The translations under genes and the position numbers were made by a program. The notes under the pieces are model-generated. The model saw nothing but the letters and a program-made list of their open reading frames with translations, was not told the origin of the DNA and ran no database searches. A DNA stretch of 63,492 bases, the filler included, from Octopus bimaculoides (Eukaryota), in NCBI RefSeq assembly GCF_001194135.2. It is 6 parts of 6 records of this genome, joined end to end, with 100 filler letters (N's around TTAATTAATTAA, not from the genome) between each part and the next. Parts side by side here need not be neighbours in the genome. Positions count along the whole stretch, not along the records: positions 10,650 to 41,921 come from NC_068982.1; 5 more parts are not named here. The stretch is one strand, 5' to 3'. Numbering within the stretch: the first letter of the stretch is position 1; each line of letters opens with the position of its first letter. This document shows, piece by piece, positions 12,537-25,749 of the stretch.

Positions 12537-12850
12537 ATCATCATCATCATCATCATTGTTTAACGTCCGTTTTCCATGCTGGCATGGGTTGGACGATTTG
12601 ACTGAGGACTGGTGAACCAGATGGCTATACCAGCTCCAATCTGATTTGGCAGAGTTTCTACAACTGGATGCCCTTCCTAATGATAACCACTTCGACAGTG
12701 TAGTGGGTGCTTTTACGTGCCACCGGCACGAAGACCAGTCAGGAGGTACTGGCAACGGCCACGCTCAAAATGGTGTATTTTACGTGCCACCTGCACAGGA
12801 GCCAGTCCAGTGGCACTGGCAACGAACTCGCTCGAATGTCTTTTCACGTG
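12537..12850 (-). mobile_element. RTE-tail repeat (family B)
   Basis: Reverse-complement match including GTGGCACGTAAAAGCACC subrepeats. Confidence 0.85.
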
Positions 12851-14199
12851 CCACTAGCACAAGTGCCAGGAAGGCGACGTTGGTAATAAAATATTGAAAT
12901 TATTTTTTTGTTGTTGTTTAATCCTAAGTTGACCCTTAATGGAGTGACCAATAATCAAAGCCATTCCAACTATGACAAGCCCATTCTTTTTTTAAATTTA
13001 ATTCTAGATAGACTATACCTAAGACTACACTATCTAATGTGTCCTTTTTCTTTTTCAAAACAGTTGCTGGGTATGGTTTTGAGGTAGATTTGGCTGCCAT
13101 GTCTAGCCATCTGAGCAAACTATACAGCAGTCCCTTTTACTTATTATTTCATCATTTGTCTGTAAATGGTGGTCAGTCTAAAAATGTAAAATGTAAAACA
13201 ACAGTGAAACAGTTAAAAAACTAAACTCAAGATACTGATCACTTAATTAAGACTTGATTAATTAATAACTGTCTTGATAAGCAAACAGCTAGAATACTTC
13301 AAAGTTATGTTTGATATTTTAACATAACAAACACAGAGATTACAAAAACATTTTAGAGTAACTAATCTAACAAGTTAACGAGTGTTGTATACAATTATCA
13401 GCAACATCACGCTCCTCACTGATGTGTCATCACTTAATACTATTTATTATTATTATTATTATTAACATCATCACCACAATCATCCAGCAACTGTATCGCT
13501 CCCAACTATGTAACTCTGTAAGCCAATCCCACCTTCAGTTTAATGATGCAGCTTGAAGGCAATTATATAACAAAAAATGTCAGGAATATACTGCAACAGT
13601 ACACTGCAAGCATGTGTGTGTGTGTGTGCGTTTTACAGTAATGTGTCAAATGATAAGGGAATGAAGGCTGGGATAGGCTGAGCTGAGTTGAGAAAACTTT
13701 TGGAAATGGAAGATATCAGGTGTTTCTTTTTGCAATCTGAGATGATCCTTTAACTCTTTTGTTACCATATTATTTCTGTTGAAATAAACTGCTTAATTTT
13801 GAAAATGGAGAATTTAGTAAAATAACTCACTATTAAGCTGGTATTTGGAACATCAAGTTTTGATGGAAGTTTCTAAATTAGACTCCACCACAAGGTTCAG
13901 TCCATGTTACCAGGTGATGGCTCATGTGCCTCAGTGACCCTGACAGCTATGCCAGTGAAGTGTAAGCTCCTAGTTTGGGTTCCCATGCTAGACAAGTCAA
14001 AGGATAAAAGCCAAACTAATATGGACGACCCCTTCCCAAAGGTAAAAATGGTTTTGTGTAAGGCCAACAGCTCTACATTGAAAAAGTGAAGTCACAGAAG
14101 CACTGATGACAAGGGAAAACCAACAAGACCTGGGAGAGGAAAGCTTTTCCTTCAGGGAAACACAGGACATGGTACAATAAACTCGAAAAGGAAGCTGCA

Positions 14200-14410
14200 A
14201 GGCAGACTCCCACCTTCTAACACCACCTGGGACTGAAACCCACAGGGCAGGTGGTAAAGAGGATGCCCTATAAATATGGAGGTAGAATTATGAGGCAAAG
14301 CTGAAAAAGCAGGGATCCAACTGGAGAGAAGTAAAAAAGACAGCCTAGAGTCAAGAACAGAGGAGAAGGTTGTCAATAGCTGATGCTCCATAGGGATTGA
14401 AGGGCTTAGC
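14200..14410 (+). mobile_element. RTE-like LINE 3' remnant
   Basis: WDWNPQGR..RG.P-type motif across frameshifts; very decayed. Confidence 0.4.
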
Positions 14411-14873
14411 TTAAATTTAGATAATTTTAAAGTAGGGAATTTTATCATAGGATGATGGCCTGTCTTAGATGAGATGGATTTGAAGAGGTCAAAGCATTTT
14501 GTTCAGTGTAACAAGAATTAGAAAATAAATGGTTTGAAGTTAAATATGAACAGAAGTTGGCATGGAACTAAAAGTGAGCTAATATTTTCAGCCAAGAAGC
14601 TTCCAGAAATAAACAGATTACATAAGCTTTGAAGGGAGAAGATGGCAAAAATTATGACCAAAAAAGTCTTGGTAGTTATGTCTATCTCAGTCCAAGTTTT
14701 ATCAATTGAGGTGACTTCTAATGTGGTTATGGCAACCAGCCTCAATCTAACATATTTGACCAGTGCACATAAAGGAAACTGGAAGAAAATTCAATATTGT
14801 CTTTTACTTGTTTTGAAAATAAGTTAATCAAAAGAAAATTCATCAATACATCAAAAAAAGAAACAAACAAATC

Positions 14874-15255
14874 GGTGTAGGAGTGGCTGTGTGGTAAGTA
14901 GCTTGTTTACCAACCACATGGTTCTGGGTTCAGTCCTACTGTGTGGCGCTTTGGGCAAGTGCCTTCTGTAGCCTCAGGCCAATCAAAGCCTTGTGAGTGG
15001 ATTTGGTAGACAGAAACCGAAAGAAGGTCGTTGTGTATATATGTGTGTGCGTGCGTGTGTGTTTGTCCCCTCCAGCATCACTTGACAACCAATGCTGGTG
15101 TATTTACGTCCCTGTATCTTAGCAGTTCGGCAAAAGAGACCGATAGAATAAGTACTAGGCTTACAAAGAATAAGTCCTGGGGTCGATTTGTTCGACTAAA
15201 GGCGGTACTCCAGCATGGCCACAGTCAAATGACTGAAACAAGTAAAAGAATAGAA
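14874..15255 (+). mobile_element. SINE family A: tRNA-type head, CORE-like box, internal (GT)n, second module, AGAAT tail; full copy
   Basis: A box TGGCTGTGTGG, B box GGTTCAGTCC, TTGGGCAAGTG core, end GACTGAAACAAGTAAAAGAATAG. Resembles the tRNA-derived CORE-type octopus SINEs; family name not verified. Confidence 0.85.
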
Positions 15256-15499
15256 TAAATAAATAAATAAAACAAGAATCTACTGATTTTTAAGGAAAAA
15301 ATATCATGAAAATCAACAGATCNNNNNNNNNNNNNNNNNNNNNNNNNNNNNNNNNNNNNNNNNNNNNNNNNNNNNNNNNNNNNNNNNNNNNNNNNNNNNN
15401 NNNNNNNNNNNNNNNNNNNNNNNNNNNNNNNNNNNNNNNNNNNNNNNNNNNNNNNNNNNNNNNNNNNNNNNNNNNNNNNNNNNNNNNNNNNNNNNNNAA

Positions 15500-15660
15500 T
15501 TGTAATGGTTCTTTTTGGATAACTGACAAGGGAAGAGCACATCCATGTCTTGTGTATGAATTCTCCATTTGTTCCTTTGTCGTGCTCCAGTTCAATTCTT
15601 GAAATTTTCATATAAGATTAGGATAATTTGCATAAAGTATTGTCTGATTTCCATAAATAT
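15500..15660 (-). mobile_element. LINE reverse transcriptase fragment
   Basis: ...SYTRHGCALPLS resembles the RQGCxLSP RT motif. Confidence 0.35.
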
Positions 15661-16422
15661 TGTCTTCTTTTAAACTGAAACAATACAAGTTACAAGAAAT
15701 AATTCTAGTTGACGGTTTGTACTTTTACCTTTGTATAGCAATATTTCAGGTTTAGAATATTTTCTTCTGAAAACTGTTTGGGCCATGCTGGGGCACTGCC
15801 TTGAAGGGTTTAGTCAAATAAACCAATCCCAGTCCTTATTTTTGAGTCTGTAACATATTCTTTCAGCCTCTTCTATTTGCAGGGATGTAAACAAACCACA
15901 CATTGGTTTTTAATCAGTAACGGGGGACAAACACAAAGCTACACACATATATACACACACACACNNNNNNNNNNATATATATATACATACACAAAAGGCT
16001 TCTACACAGATTCCACTTACCAAATTCACTCACATTAATTTACCCAGGGCTAAAATAGCAAACATTTGCCTTAAGTGCTGTACAGTAGGACTGAAACCAG
16101 AAGCACATGATTGCAAAATGATCTTCTTAACCACACTTAGTATGCCTGCACTTAGTATGTGCACGGTACAAGTAATTCTTGTAAAAGAAATTATCAGGAA
16201 GATGAAAGAGAAGCAGTAACTTGAGAAAAATACAATATATACAGAAGAACCCGATAGGCTTTGGTTTAAAACACAGGATCTTGCTGTAACAAATCTTTGG
16301 TTAGAAAAATAACCAACTCTTGAAATTGGAGGAAGCATTAGATATTACAGATAATTATTCTCCAAGATTTATATGAAAAAGGATATTTTTGTTGATATTA
16401 ATAATAATAAAGTGTATTTGTG

Positions 16423-16456
<34 letters not shown>

Positions 16457-16939
16457 CATTTTAACGTCCATCTTCCCAGGCTTGTCTAGGATGGATGGAA
16501 TTAGTTGAGGATGATTTCCTACGGTTGGCTGCCCTTTATGTTTGCCATCTTCCATTTGTTTCCAAATAAGGCAATATTTCCCTCTGGCTGGACACGTTTA
16601 CACAGAAGATTGCTAAAGAAGGACACCATTTGTATGAGAGTGATGCTTGTTCATGACCGTCGTGCAATATCAAGAGGAGGAAACAAACACATGCATGTAT
16701 GCACAAATATAGACATGTTCATGTATAACAGCTTCCATCTACCAAATTGGCTTACAACCCAGGGCCATAGTAGAAAACACCCAATGTGCCATGCAGTGGG
16801 ACTGAACCTGAAACCATGTAGCTGGGAAGCAAACTTCTCTACCACACAGCCACACTTGCATGTGAGTGTCTGCCTGTCTCACTGCTGACTATGCATGTCT
16901 CATCCAGCCGGCGCCCGCCTGACAACCAATGCACTCCAT

Positions 16940-17308
16940 TCTTTTCTACTTGTTTCAGTCATTTGACTGCAGCCATGCTGGAGCATCACCTTTAGTCGAA
17001 CAAAGCGAGCCCAGGACTTATTTGTTGTAAGCCTAGTACTTATTCAATCGGTCTCTTTTGTTGAACCACTAAGTTACGGGGGACATAAACACACCAGCAT
17101 CAATTGTCAAGCGATGGTTAGGAAACAAACACAGACACACACACACAAATATATACATCATCATCATCATCATCATTTAACGTCCGCTTTCCATGCTAGT
17201 ATGGGTTGGACGATTTTTACTGAGGACTGGTGAAACCAGATGGCTACACCAGATTCCAATCTGATTTGGCAGAGTTTCTACAGCTGGATGCCCTTGAAAA
17301 AAACCTGT

Positions 17309-17383
<75 letters not shown>

Positions 17384-17545
17384 GACAGGTTTTTTTCAAT
17401 TTCTGTCTACCAAATCCACTCACAAGGCTTTGGTTGGCCCAAGGCTACAGTAGAAGACATTTGCCCAAGGTACCATGCAGTGGAACTGAATCCAGAACCA
17501 TGTGGTTAGAAAGCAAGCTGCTTACCACACAGCCACTCCTGCATA
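16940..17545 (-). mobile_element. SINE family A with an RTE-tail repeat (17157-17295) nested in its central microsatellite
   Basis: Head 17545-17380, (TA)n, RTE tail with (GAT)n, second module 17150-16940. Confidence 0.75.
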
Positions 17546-17839
17546 TGTGTGTATTTTTCACATTTTTCTTTTGTCTTGACAACAGATGCACACGAATTGT
17601 TAACAAAAGGCACCGTTCATACAAAGGGTCTCATGAGTTTACATTACTCCATAAAAGCATGTCCAACTATTGAGCTGTTTGTTGCCTGGAGAAAATGCGA
17701 AAATATTGCCTTACTTGGAAATAGAGAAAGATGCAAGAGCATCCAGCCATAGAAAAATCTACTTCAAAAAGTTTCCTCCGACCCATGCAATCATAGGAAA
17801 GTGGATGTTAAGTGATGATGGTAAAGTGTTTTGTGTTTA

Positions 17840-18230
17840 TTCCAAACCATATGTTAACCATATCTCTACTGAAATACAATGTCTTTGTTTCAATTAATTT
17901 TGAAAATAATGAAGAATATCGTTAATTAATTGCTGTTATTAAGATGGTGTTTGGAAAATAAATTAACATGAAATTTTGATAACAGGCTTTAATTTAGATC
18001 ACTTTAAAAAAAGTAAGTATCATAGAATCAGAAGTGGTTACAAACGGGTTGGAATCAAATGACACCAAACTTCTCTTGAAATACACTGCCTTTGTATTAA
18101 TTTATTTTGAAAATAAAGATAATGGTAAACCATTATTATTAAGTTGATATTTGGAACATAGATTAGCATAAACTTTTATTGCTAAGTTTTTCTTTAGCTC
18201 ACTTTAAAACAGGGAATTTATATAATATAT
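17840..18230. mobile_element. Two tandem copies of an AT-rich dispersed repeat of about 200 bp (also at about 11150-11320, 13750-13900, 19270-19490), probably a DNA-transposon end
   Basis: Shared block TTCAATTAATTTTGAAAA...ATTAAG.TGGT.TTTGGAA...AAATTTTGATG...TTTAATT.AGATCACTTTAAA. Confidence 0.45.
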
Positions 18231-18234
18231 AGGC

Positions 18235-18472
18235 ATCCCTGTGCCAGTGGCACGTAAAAAGCACCAATTAATCATGGCCGTTGCCAGCCTCCAACATAAA
18301 AAGCACTCACTACACTCTCTGAGTGGTTGGCGTTATGAAGGGCATCCAGCTGTAGAAACACTGCCAGATCAGAATGGAGCCTGGTGCAGCCTCCTGGCTT
18401 CCCAGACCCCAGTCGAACTGTCCAACCCATGCTAGCATGGAAAATGGACGTTAAACGATGATGATGATGATG
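18235..18472 (+). mobile_element. RTE-tail repeat (family B), directly followed by a SINE A head (18475-18620)
   Basis: Same diagnostic motifs. Confidence 0.8.
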
Positions 18473-18989
18473 CATAAGAAGTTTGCTTCCCAACAACATG
18501 GTTCCATGTTCAGTCCCACTGCATGGCAACTTGGGCAAGTGTCTTCTACTATGGCCTTGGGCCAACCAAAGACTGTGTAGGATTTTGTGGATTTTGTAGG
18601 CAGAAACTGAAAAAAAGCTCATTGTGTGCATGTGTGTTTGCCAAAGTTTGAAGCCAATATACAAGGGATGTAACAAGGCAACAAAAGCAATTTTGTAAGA
18701 TGAACTACCGATTCCATCATCCATCCAGCCATAGCATGTAATTGGTGCAGCACATTATAATATACACCAAAAATAGGTCAATGTGGTGTTTGAAAATAGG
18801 TCAAGATGGTGTTTGAAATAAATGGACCTCAACACATTTGGCAAAAGAGGTTTAAAACAGTGTATACACACACAGTGTATACACACACNNNNNNNNNNCA
18901 CACACACACACATTTGAAGAGACAAACCTTTTTTGGTGAGCATATTTTGATTGAAATACTTGTGTATTTCAATTCATAGTTTTGATGAG

Positions 18990-19200
18990 ACCATCAGATG
19001 TGGTTATACACCACTGGTCACAATGCACTTCCAATTCTGACTTGATTGCGCCATTCTTTTCCGTCTTCATCAAGGAAGCCTTCCAAGCAGCCTCCTCTGA
19101 TTCCTTGGACACCCACTCAACAACTGCATGGGGCCACCTGCTGTCTGTGGACCTTGTGGCATTTACAGCCCAGTAGGAACTTATGCCATCAGTATTCTGC
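18990..19200 (-). mobile_element. RTE-like LINE 3' remnant (shares its end with about 40835-40880)
   Basis: RWPHAVVEWV..NQRR.LGR.P motif; ACACCACTGGTCACAATGCACTTCCAATTCT occurs at both loci. Confidence 0.45.
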
Positions 19201-19619
19201 AATCATATGGTTCACTCCACTCCATTCTCAAATCATTTCATTTCAAATGTGGTCTCAATGATATTCAAGCATGGCTTTTTCTATGGCCCTTTGCATTTCA
19301 ATTAATTTTGAAAAATAATTAACTATTTTGAGTGATTTAATAAAGTAATTTTTTCATTATTAAGCCAGTATTTGGAACAAAACAGAAGTTTCTTACCTAA
19401 AACTATGTTTCAACTTATATTTACTAACAAAAGATTTTGGAGCTTAGAATCATCAGAGGTGGTGGTCTCAGGTGGGTTGGTTTCAAATGAGATATGATGT
19501 GATATGATAATATATTGTATTTAGTTTAGCTGAACACCAAATAATGAGATAATCCAGACTAATACAAAGTTAAAAAAAAAGAAAATACCACCACAAAGAA
19601 AAGAAAAATTTACAAACAC

Positions 19620-19796
19620 AGGCATGGCTGTGTGGTAAGAAGTTTGCTTCTCAACCACATGGTTCCGGGTTCAGTCACACTGCGTAGCAACTTGGGCAAG
19701 TGTCTTCTACTATAGCCTTGGGCTGACCAAGGCCTTGTAAGTGGGCTTGGTAGACGGAAACTGAAAGAAGCCCGTTGTGTGTGTGTGTGTGTGTGT
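19620..19796 (+). mobile_element. SINE family A head module
   Basis: Close match to other copies; runs into (GT)n and a gap. Confidence 0.8.
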
Positions 19797-19896
19797 NNNN
19801 NNNNNNNNNNNNNNNNNNNNNNNNNNNNNNNNNNNNNNNNNNNNNNNNNNNNNNNNNNNNNNNNNNNNNNNNNNNNNNNNNNNNNNNNNNNNNNNN

Positions 19897-19942
<46 letters not shown>

Positions 19943-21056
19943 TCAAATGCTCCCTGAAATTTAAAAACCCTAAACCAATGTGAAAAATCAAAAGTATACA
20001 AAAGTATATGAGGAGGAGGGCCACTACATGGTCACTTGATTTGCTAGAAATAGCTGCCAAATCCCCCTCAAACCACACCCTGTTACTTAAAATAGAGAGG
20101 TGGAGCTAGATACACTATGTCTAAAAGAAAACAATGGAATGGTCATCGCTAGAAGGTCTTTCATCATGAGGTCTGCTCATTAAAGATTGATCTGGGGTTA
20201 ACAAGAACAGTAGCAGCAATTGTTTCGATATGAAAGAGAGAAAGAAAGTTGAGAATTATTTAATTTGAAAATATGATGCTGAGTTGAGAAAGGAAAGAGG
20301 ACGATGAAATTATTGCTGAAAGGAAGAATTTAACACTGAAATAGTGTTAGATAAGAAAAGAGATTCTGGATTACAAACTTTTTTTCCCCTTGAATAGGAA
20401 AACAGTTTGATGTTTTAAACACTGTAACTCTTACATCATTACTGTCATTTAACATTCATGTTCCACAGAATATTTCGAAATACCACAACAATCGAATGCA
20501 GAACAAAACAGGCTTACAGTTAGTTGAACAACTGCAAACAAAAATATTACTGAAAAGTGTATGGAAACGGTATTTGTTTTACATACACGTATATACAATT
20601 ACATATACACATGCACACAATCATACGTACATACACACACACATACACAGACAGCCAAACTAACCTGCAGTTGAAGGAGTCACTTTGGTAGCAACTCTGC
20701 TAGAATTCTTCACTTTTTCCATTCAATCATGGTAAACGAAGACAATAAACTATGTACCAGCAGAGTTAGGCTAGACTACAGCTGCTGCTGCTGCTGCTAT
20801 GACAACAATGAGTTCTTATGCACAATAACTACTTTTGACGTCAGCAATGTGCAGCAAGGAGTCATCTCCTATCAACAACTATCCTAGTTCAGCCAAACCC
20901 GGACACTTCTTCGATGAAACAAAGTCTGCTTATTAGCAGGGAACAGTGGTGACCTTTATTTTAATGCTTTGTGTGAAACAAGCTGAAGATTAATGAAGAT
21001 CAGTTTGCTTGCTGGGAATGAACAGCATCAAAGACTTGAGTGATCATCCTGAGAGA

Positions 21057-21112
<56 letters not shown>

Positions 21113-21354
21113 CGACAACAGTTGATGTCAACATCACAAGTGACAACCCACACAATTTCAGATCCCACCCCCTCACCCCATCAAAACAGCAAAACCCACC
21201 GATATTAACCAAAATTAATGGACGTTATTCTGATTATAATCTACTTAAGGGCAATGGATTGAGATAGTCTTAAGAGAAGTGGACAAAAACACCTTGTGAT
21301 ATTTCTTCAGGTTCCAAGGTAGGGAGCTGGCAGAATCATTAGCAATAACTAACT

Positions 21355-21642
21355 GGCATTCCATTGCTTACGACAATCAGGATTCCAGCTGATCTGATCA
21401 ACAGAACAGTCTGTTCATGAAAGTAACGTGCAAGTGGCTGAGCACTCCACAGACACATGTGCCCTTAATGTAGTTCTCAGGGCTGGCCCTTTGTAATTAC
21501 AGGTACAACTCATTTTTGCCAGCTGAGCAGACTAGAGTAATGTGAAATAAAGTGTCTTGTTCAAGGATACAACACGTCACCAGGAATTGAACTCATGATC
21601 TTAATATCGTGAGCTGAATGCCCTAACCACTAAGCCATGTGC
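21355..21642 (-). mobile_element. SINE family D (tRNA-type head) inserted into a family C copy (21320-21845), TSD about 13 bp
   Basis: AGAATCATTA(G/A)CA is duplicated at 21332-21344 and 21643-21655. Confidence 0.8.
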
Positions 21643-22529
21643 AGAATCATTAACATGCCAGGCAAAATGCTTTGTTGCATTTCATCTGTTTTTATATTCA
21701 GTGTTCAAATTTCGTTGAGGTCACCTTTGCATGTTATCTTTCCAGGGTCGATAGAATAAGCACCAGTTGAACACTGGGTCATTATAATCGACTAGCCCCT
21801 CCCCACAAAATTTCAGGCTTTGTGCCTATAGTAGAAAGGATATTTCTTCTGTTCAAATCCCAATGAGATCAACTTAACCTTTCACCGCTTCAGAGTCATT
21901 AAAATAAAGTACCAGTCTCATACTGGTGTCAATGGTATAGACAAACCACCTTCCCAATTCTTGGCCCTATTCTCTCTCATAAACCCGTTCTTGTACCATG
22001 AGAGCACACTTACACATCTTATCACCAACATCTTTATTGTCTTTCCATCAACTCTCACCTTTCATAAAACGTGGGGTAGCCATGTGTCTCTTATACAGCA
22101 AGACACCTGTGCCTGTCTCCTTTCAACATGTGGCACAAAGTCACCTCCTGCTCTTCTGTAATCCACTCAGTGACGGAGAATGGGGACTTTTTTCTTCGTC
22201 TTGTAAGTTACTTAGTGACTTCATTAAAAAAAAAAAGCACCTAGAACATTCTGTAAAGTGGTTGACATGAGGAAGGGAACCCAGTTTAGAAAGCATTCCA
22301 AAGCAAACCCTGGAGCTCAAAGCAGTCCTTCTAGTTCGTTGAATTCTGTCAAACTGTTCAGCCTGTGCCAGCAATGGGAGTCAGACATTAGCAGTGTTTC
22401 TCAACCTTTTTACCCTTGCATAACCCTTAAAATAAATTACATGTCTCCAGGAACTGCACAAAAAAATTTATATACCATATCTTTCATATTATTTTCACCA
22501 AAGTTCACATGGCAAATATCATACATTTG

Positions 22530-22740
22530 CCAGTAGCGCCTGACTGGCCTCCATGCCGGTGGCACATAAAAGCACCCACTACACTTTAGGAGTGGTTGGT
22601 GTTAGGAAGGGCATCCAGCTGTAGAAACTCTGCCAAATCAGATTGGAGCCTGGTGCAGCCATCTGGTTCACCAGTCCTCAGTCAAATCGTCCAACCCATG
22701 CTAGCATGGAAAGCGGATGTTAAATGATGATGACGATGAT
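22530..22740 (+). mobile_element. RTE-tail repeat (family B)
   Basis: Same diagnostic motifs. Confidence 0.85.
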
Positions 22741-22759
22741 ATATATATANNNNNNNNNN

Positions 22760-22801
<42 letters not shown>

Positions 22802-23516
22802 TTATTATATTTTTTTGATAACATAATAGGATAATGTCTGTATTGCAGTAACCAATAATATGTTGTGCTTCTATAGTAATATTACGATCATGAAATTAGC
22901 ATTAGCTTATCTCACTCTTCTCGCGGAACCCCGGTTGAGAAACGCTGCATTAGATGATGATGATGATGATGATGATGATGCTGATGATATTTATAATCTA
23001 CTTAAAGGTGGCAGGTTGGCAGACTCATTAGAGCATTGGGTAAAATACCTTGCAGCATTTTTTTCAACTCTTTATGTTTAAGCCTAAATTTCAACAAGTA
23101 AATACCTGCGTATAATGAGTTCAAAACCAACAACAGTTGGCTGTTAGTCTCTTAACGAGTTTTCATTATTTTTGAAATTCAAACACAAAGGTCTTGTTAG
23201 AAATATGGTCAGAAAAGGTGTATAAAGGAAATAAGAAGTTGGTGAGGATATGTTACTAGAATGGACAAAGTGTGGTTGGTTATTAAAAAATAATTTATTT
23301 TAAAGTGTCATGTGTTGTTTGTTGTGGGTAGACATAGGAGTGGCAGTCATGGGAAGATTGTGATGATGTCAGAGCTTAAGAATCTAGGCCTCACAGATGT
23401 GATGACAAAGACCAACACAAATGTCATATGATGCAGGGTAGAACCATCCGACTTATATTATCTTGGATAAACAAATGTTAACATTGATATATAGAAATAA
23501 ATATGCATTTTTGCCA

Positions 23517-23547
<31 letters not shown>

Positions 23548-23548
23548 G

Positions 23549-23592
<44 letters not shown>

Positions 23593-23855
23593 ATATATAT
23601 ATATATATATATATAAATATACATACACGCAATAAAAGGTGTGCCTATACACATGCATGCACACACACATTGTAAAGTTTGTTTAACAGTGATTGAATAA
23701 ATGTTAGAACTTTCCCAGTCAACATAAACTCTCCAATAAATTTGACTACTCTTAGTAATGCGTCACACCATCAATAAATGTTTAGTTGTTATTCTTGAAC
23801 TTGCTTTAAAATAACCTCATTTTATATACATGTGTATGTGTGTGTGTGTACTTAT

Positions 23856-23888
<33 letters not shown>

Positions 23889-23894
<6 letters not shown>

Positions 23895-24769
23895 TTGATC
23901 AATAAGTATCCGGACTGTTGCCATAGTAACAAAGCTAAAGCATACAGAGTGAAGTCACTTGGCAAAGATTGACCTTGAACTCTGCTATACATGTGCACTA
24001 AGTTTTAACATTACAGCTCACTTCTGCTGTTTACAGCAGTGCTTGGAAGGAAGGTGTGTAGTGTGTGATCGTTGCATTGGCCATGACAGAAAAAGTTGTC
24101 ATGGTAATAGCTGTTGAGGCCTATGCAAAATTGCAGAAAGTGTATGGAGAGGGGTGTATGAACCACACACAAGTGTACAAGTGCTTCGGACGTTACCAAG
24201 ATGGCCAAAAAATGTCGATATTGACAAACGTTCTGGGAGACCCGCAACTCGCAGAACTGAGAAAAAAAAATTGCAGATGTGTGTGCAGCTGAGAGGGGAA
24301 ATTGTTGAATCACCAGAGGATGTGCAGATTAGTTACGGTTCAGTTCAGTCCATTATCACTGAATATTTGGGTATGAGACACGTGTCTGTCAAGTTTGCAC
24401 CAAAACTGCTTTCAGCTGACCAAAAAGACACTCGGGTTTCAGTTGCACAAGATTTCTTTGATTGTGTCGAGAACGATGAAAACTTTTTGAAAACTTTGCA
24501 TAGGCCTCTGAGCAGGTATTGCCAAATTTGGGGAAAAAATTTGATGCAGATATTCTGCTCAACATTCTCTGTCATGGTCAATGCAGTGGTCACACATTAC
24601 ACACCTTCCCTCCAAGCATTGCTGTAAACAGCAGAAGTAAGCTAGAGCATTGAAACTTAGAGCACATGCACAGCAGAGTTCAAGGTCTATCGGTGCCAAG
24701 CTGCTTCATTCTACGTATTTCAGCTTTGTTACTATGGCAACAATCCGGATACTTATTGATCAGACCACA
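23889..24769. mobile_element. Non-autonomous mariner derivative made of two 5' ends in inverted orientation, TA flanks
   Basis: Termini (A)AGGTTTGATCAATAAGTATCCGGA...TCCGGATACTTATTGATCAGACC; about 250-290 bp imperfect inverted arms each carry a transposase start (MTEKV at 24083 +, MTENVEQNICIKF at 24575 -). Decayed HTH and KFAPKLL (WVPREL-like) motif on +. Confidence 0.85.
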
Positions 24770-24779
24770 TATACAACAG

Positions 24780-24965
24780 CCTCATCATCATTTAACATCT
24801 ATTTTCCATGCTAGCATAGGTTGGACAGTTTGAGAGAAGCTGGTAAGACTGGAAGTGGGGGCTGCACAAGGCTCCAGTTGTTTGTTCTGGCATAATTTCT
24901 ACAGCTGGATGCCCTTCCTAATGCCAACCACTTCACAGAGTGTACTGGGTGCTTTTTATGTGGGA
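24780..24965 (-). mobile_element. RTE-tail repeat (family B)
   Basis: Reverse-complement match. Confidence 0.8.
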
Positions 24966-25029
24966 CCATCACTACATTCTGCAGTAGCGGACAGGTCTTC
25001 TTGAGAACAGCAAGGTTCCAGATATATAT

Positions 25030-25260
25030 ATATATATATCCATCCTCTACAAAAATCCTGCTCGCATCACGAAGACAAAACTATTTCACCTCAACTGACC
25101 CTGCTCTCTTTAGCATCACACCAAGATACATAAGAGAAGAAAAGGATCTCATAGCAGTCAAATGCATCCTGGACAAATATCTCCAATAAATTCCAGGTAA
25201 ACCACCTACACCTGGATAAATCTTTGCAAACAATAACTCTTTACTCCAATGGGCCATGGT
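25030..25260 (+). mobile_element. CR1-like LINE 3' remnant
   Basis: LFSITPRYIREEKDL..VKCILDKYLQ*IPGKPPTPG...NNNSLLQW. Confidence 0.55.
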
Positions 25261-25329
25261 GCCTAAAGAATAACTGTAATGTGAAACATCATTAAATGTC
25301 TTTTCCAGGTGATGCTATTAACTTAGTTA

Positions 25330-25645
25330 TGGTTGAGCGTGATCGTTGCCAGGGCTGCTGACTGGCTCCCATGCCCGTGGCACAGTGCTGCCGGACTGGC
25401 TCCTGTGCAGGTGGCACATAAAAAGCACCATTTGAGCATGGTTGATGCCAGTACTGCCCCTCGTGCCAGTGGCATGTAAAAGCACCCACTATACTCTCAG
25501 AGTGGTTGGCATTAGGAAGAGCATTCAGCTGTAGAAACTTTGCCAAATCAGATTGGTGCAGCCTTCTGGCTCGCCGGCCCTCAGTCAAACCATCCAACTC
25601 ATGCCAGCATGGAAAGCAGACGTTAAACGATGATGATGATGATGG
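25330..25645 (-). mobile_element. RTE-tail repeat (family B), with + strand (GAT)n end at 25600-25645
   Basis: Subrepeats GTGGCA(C/T)(A/G)TAAAAAGCACC and the GGAAG.GCAT.CAGC box are present. They read on the + strand through the (GAT)n tail, so the strand may be +. Confidence 0.5.
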
Positions 25646-25749
25646 TCTGTACCAATTCTGGCTGAAACTTTTCTAAGTATTAGATAAATTACAGAACTCA
25701 ATACACAAGTGCCAAGTCTTCTTTAATGCATTGTAACTGAACCATTCAT

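Noticed and set aside
14103-14125. CTGATGA...GAAA resembling a hammerhead; also CTGATGA at 33347, 42579 and 50494
   Set aside because: No pairable stem III/stem I or no downstream GAAA in register.
20836-20843. Perfect CRE site TGACGTCA in unique sequence
   Set aside because: A single 8-mer is expected by chance in a window this size; no supporting cluster.
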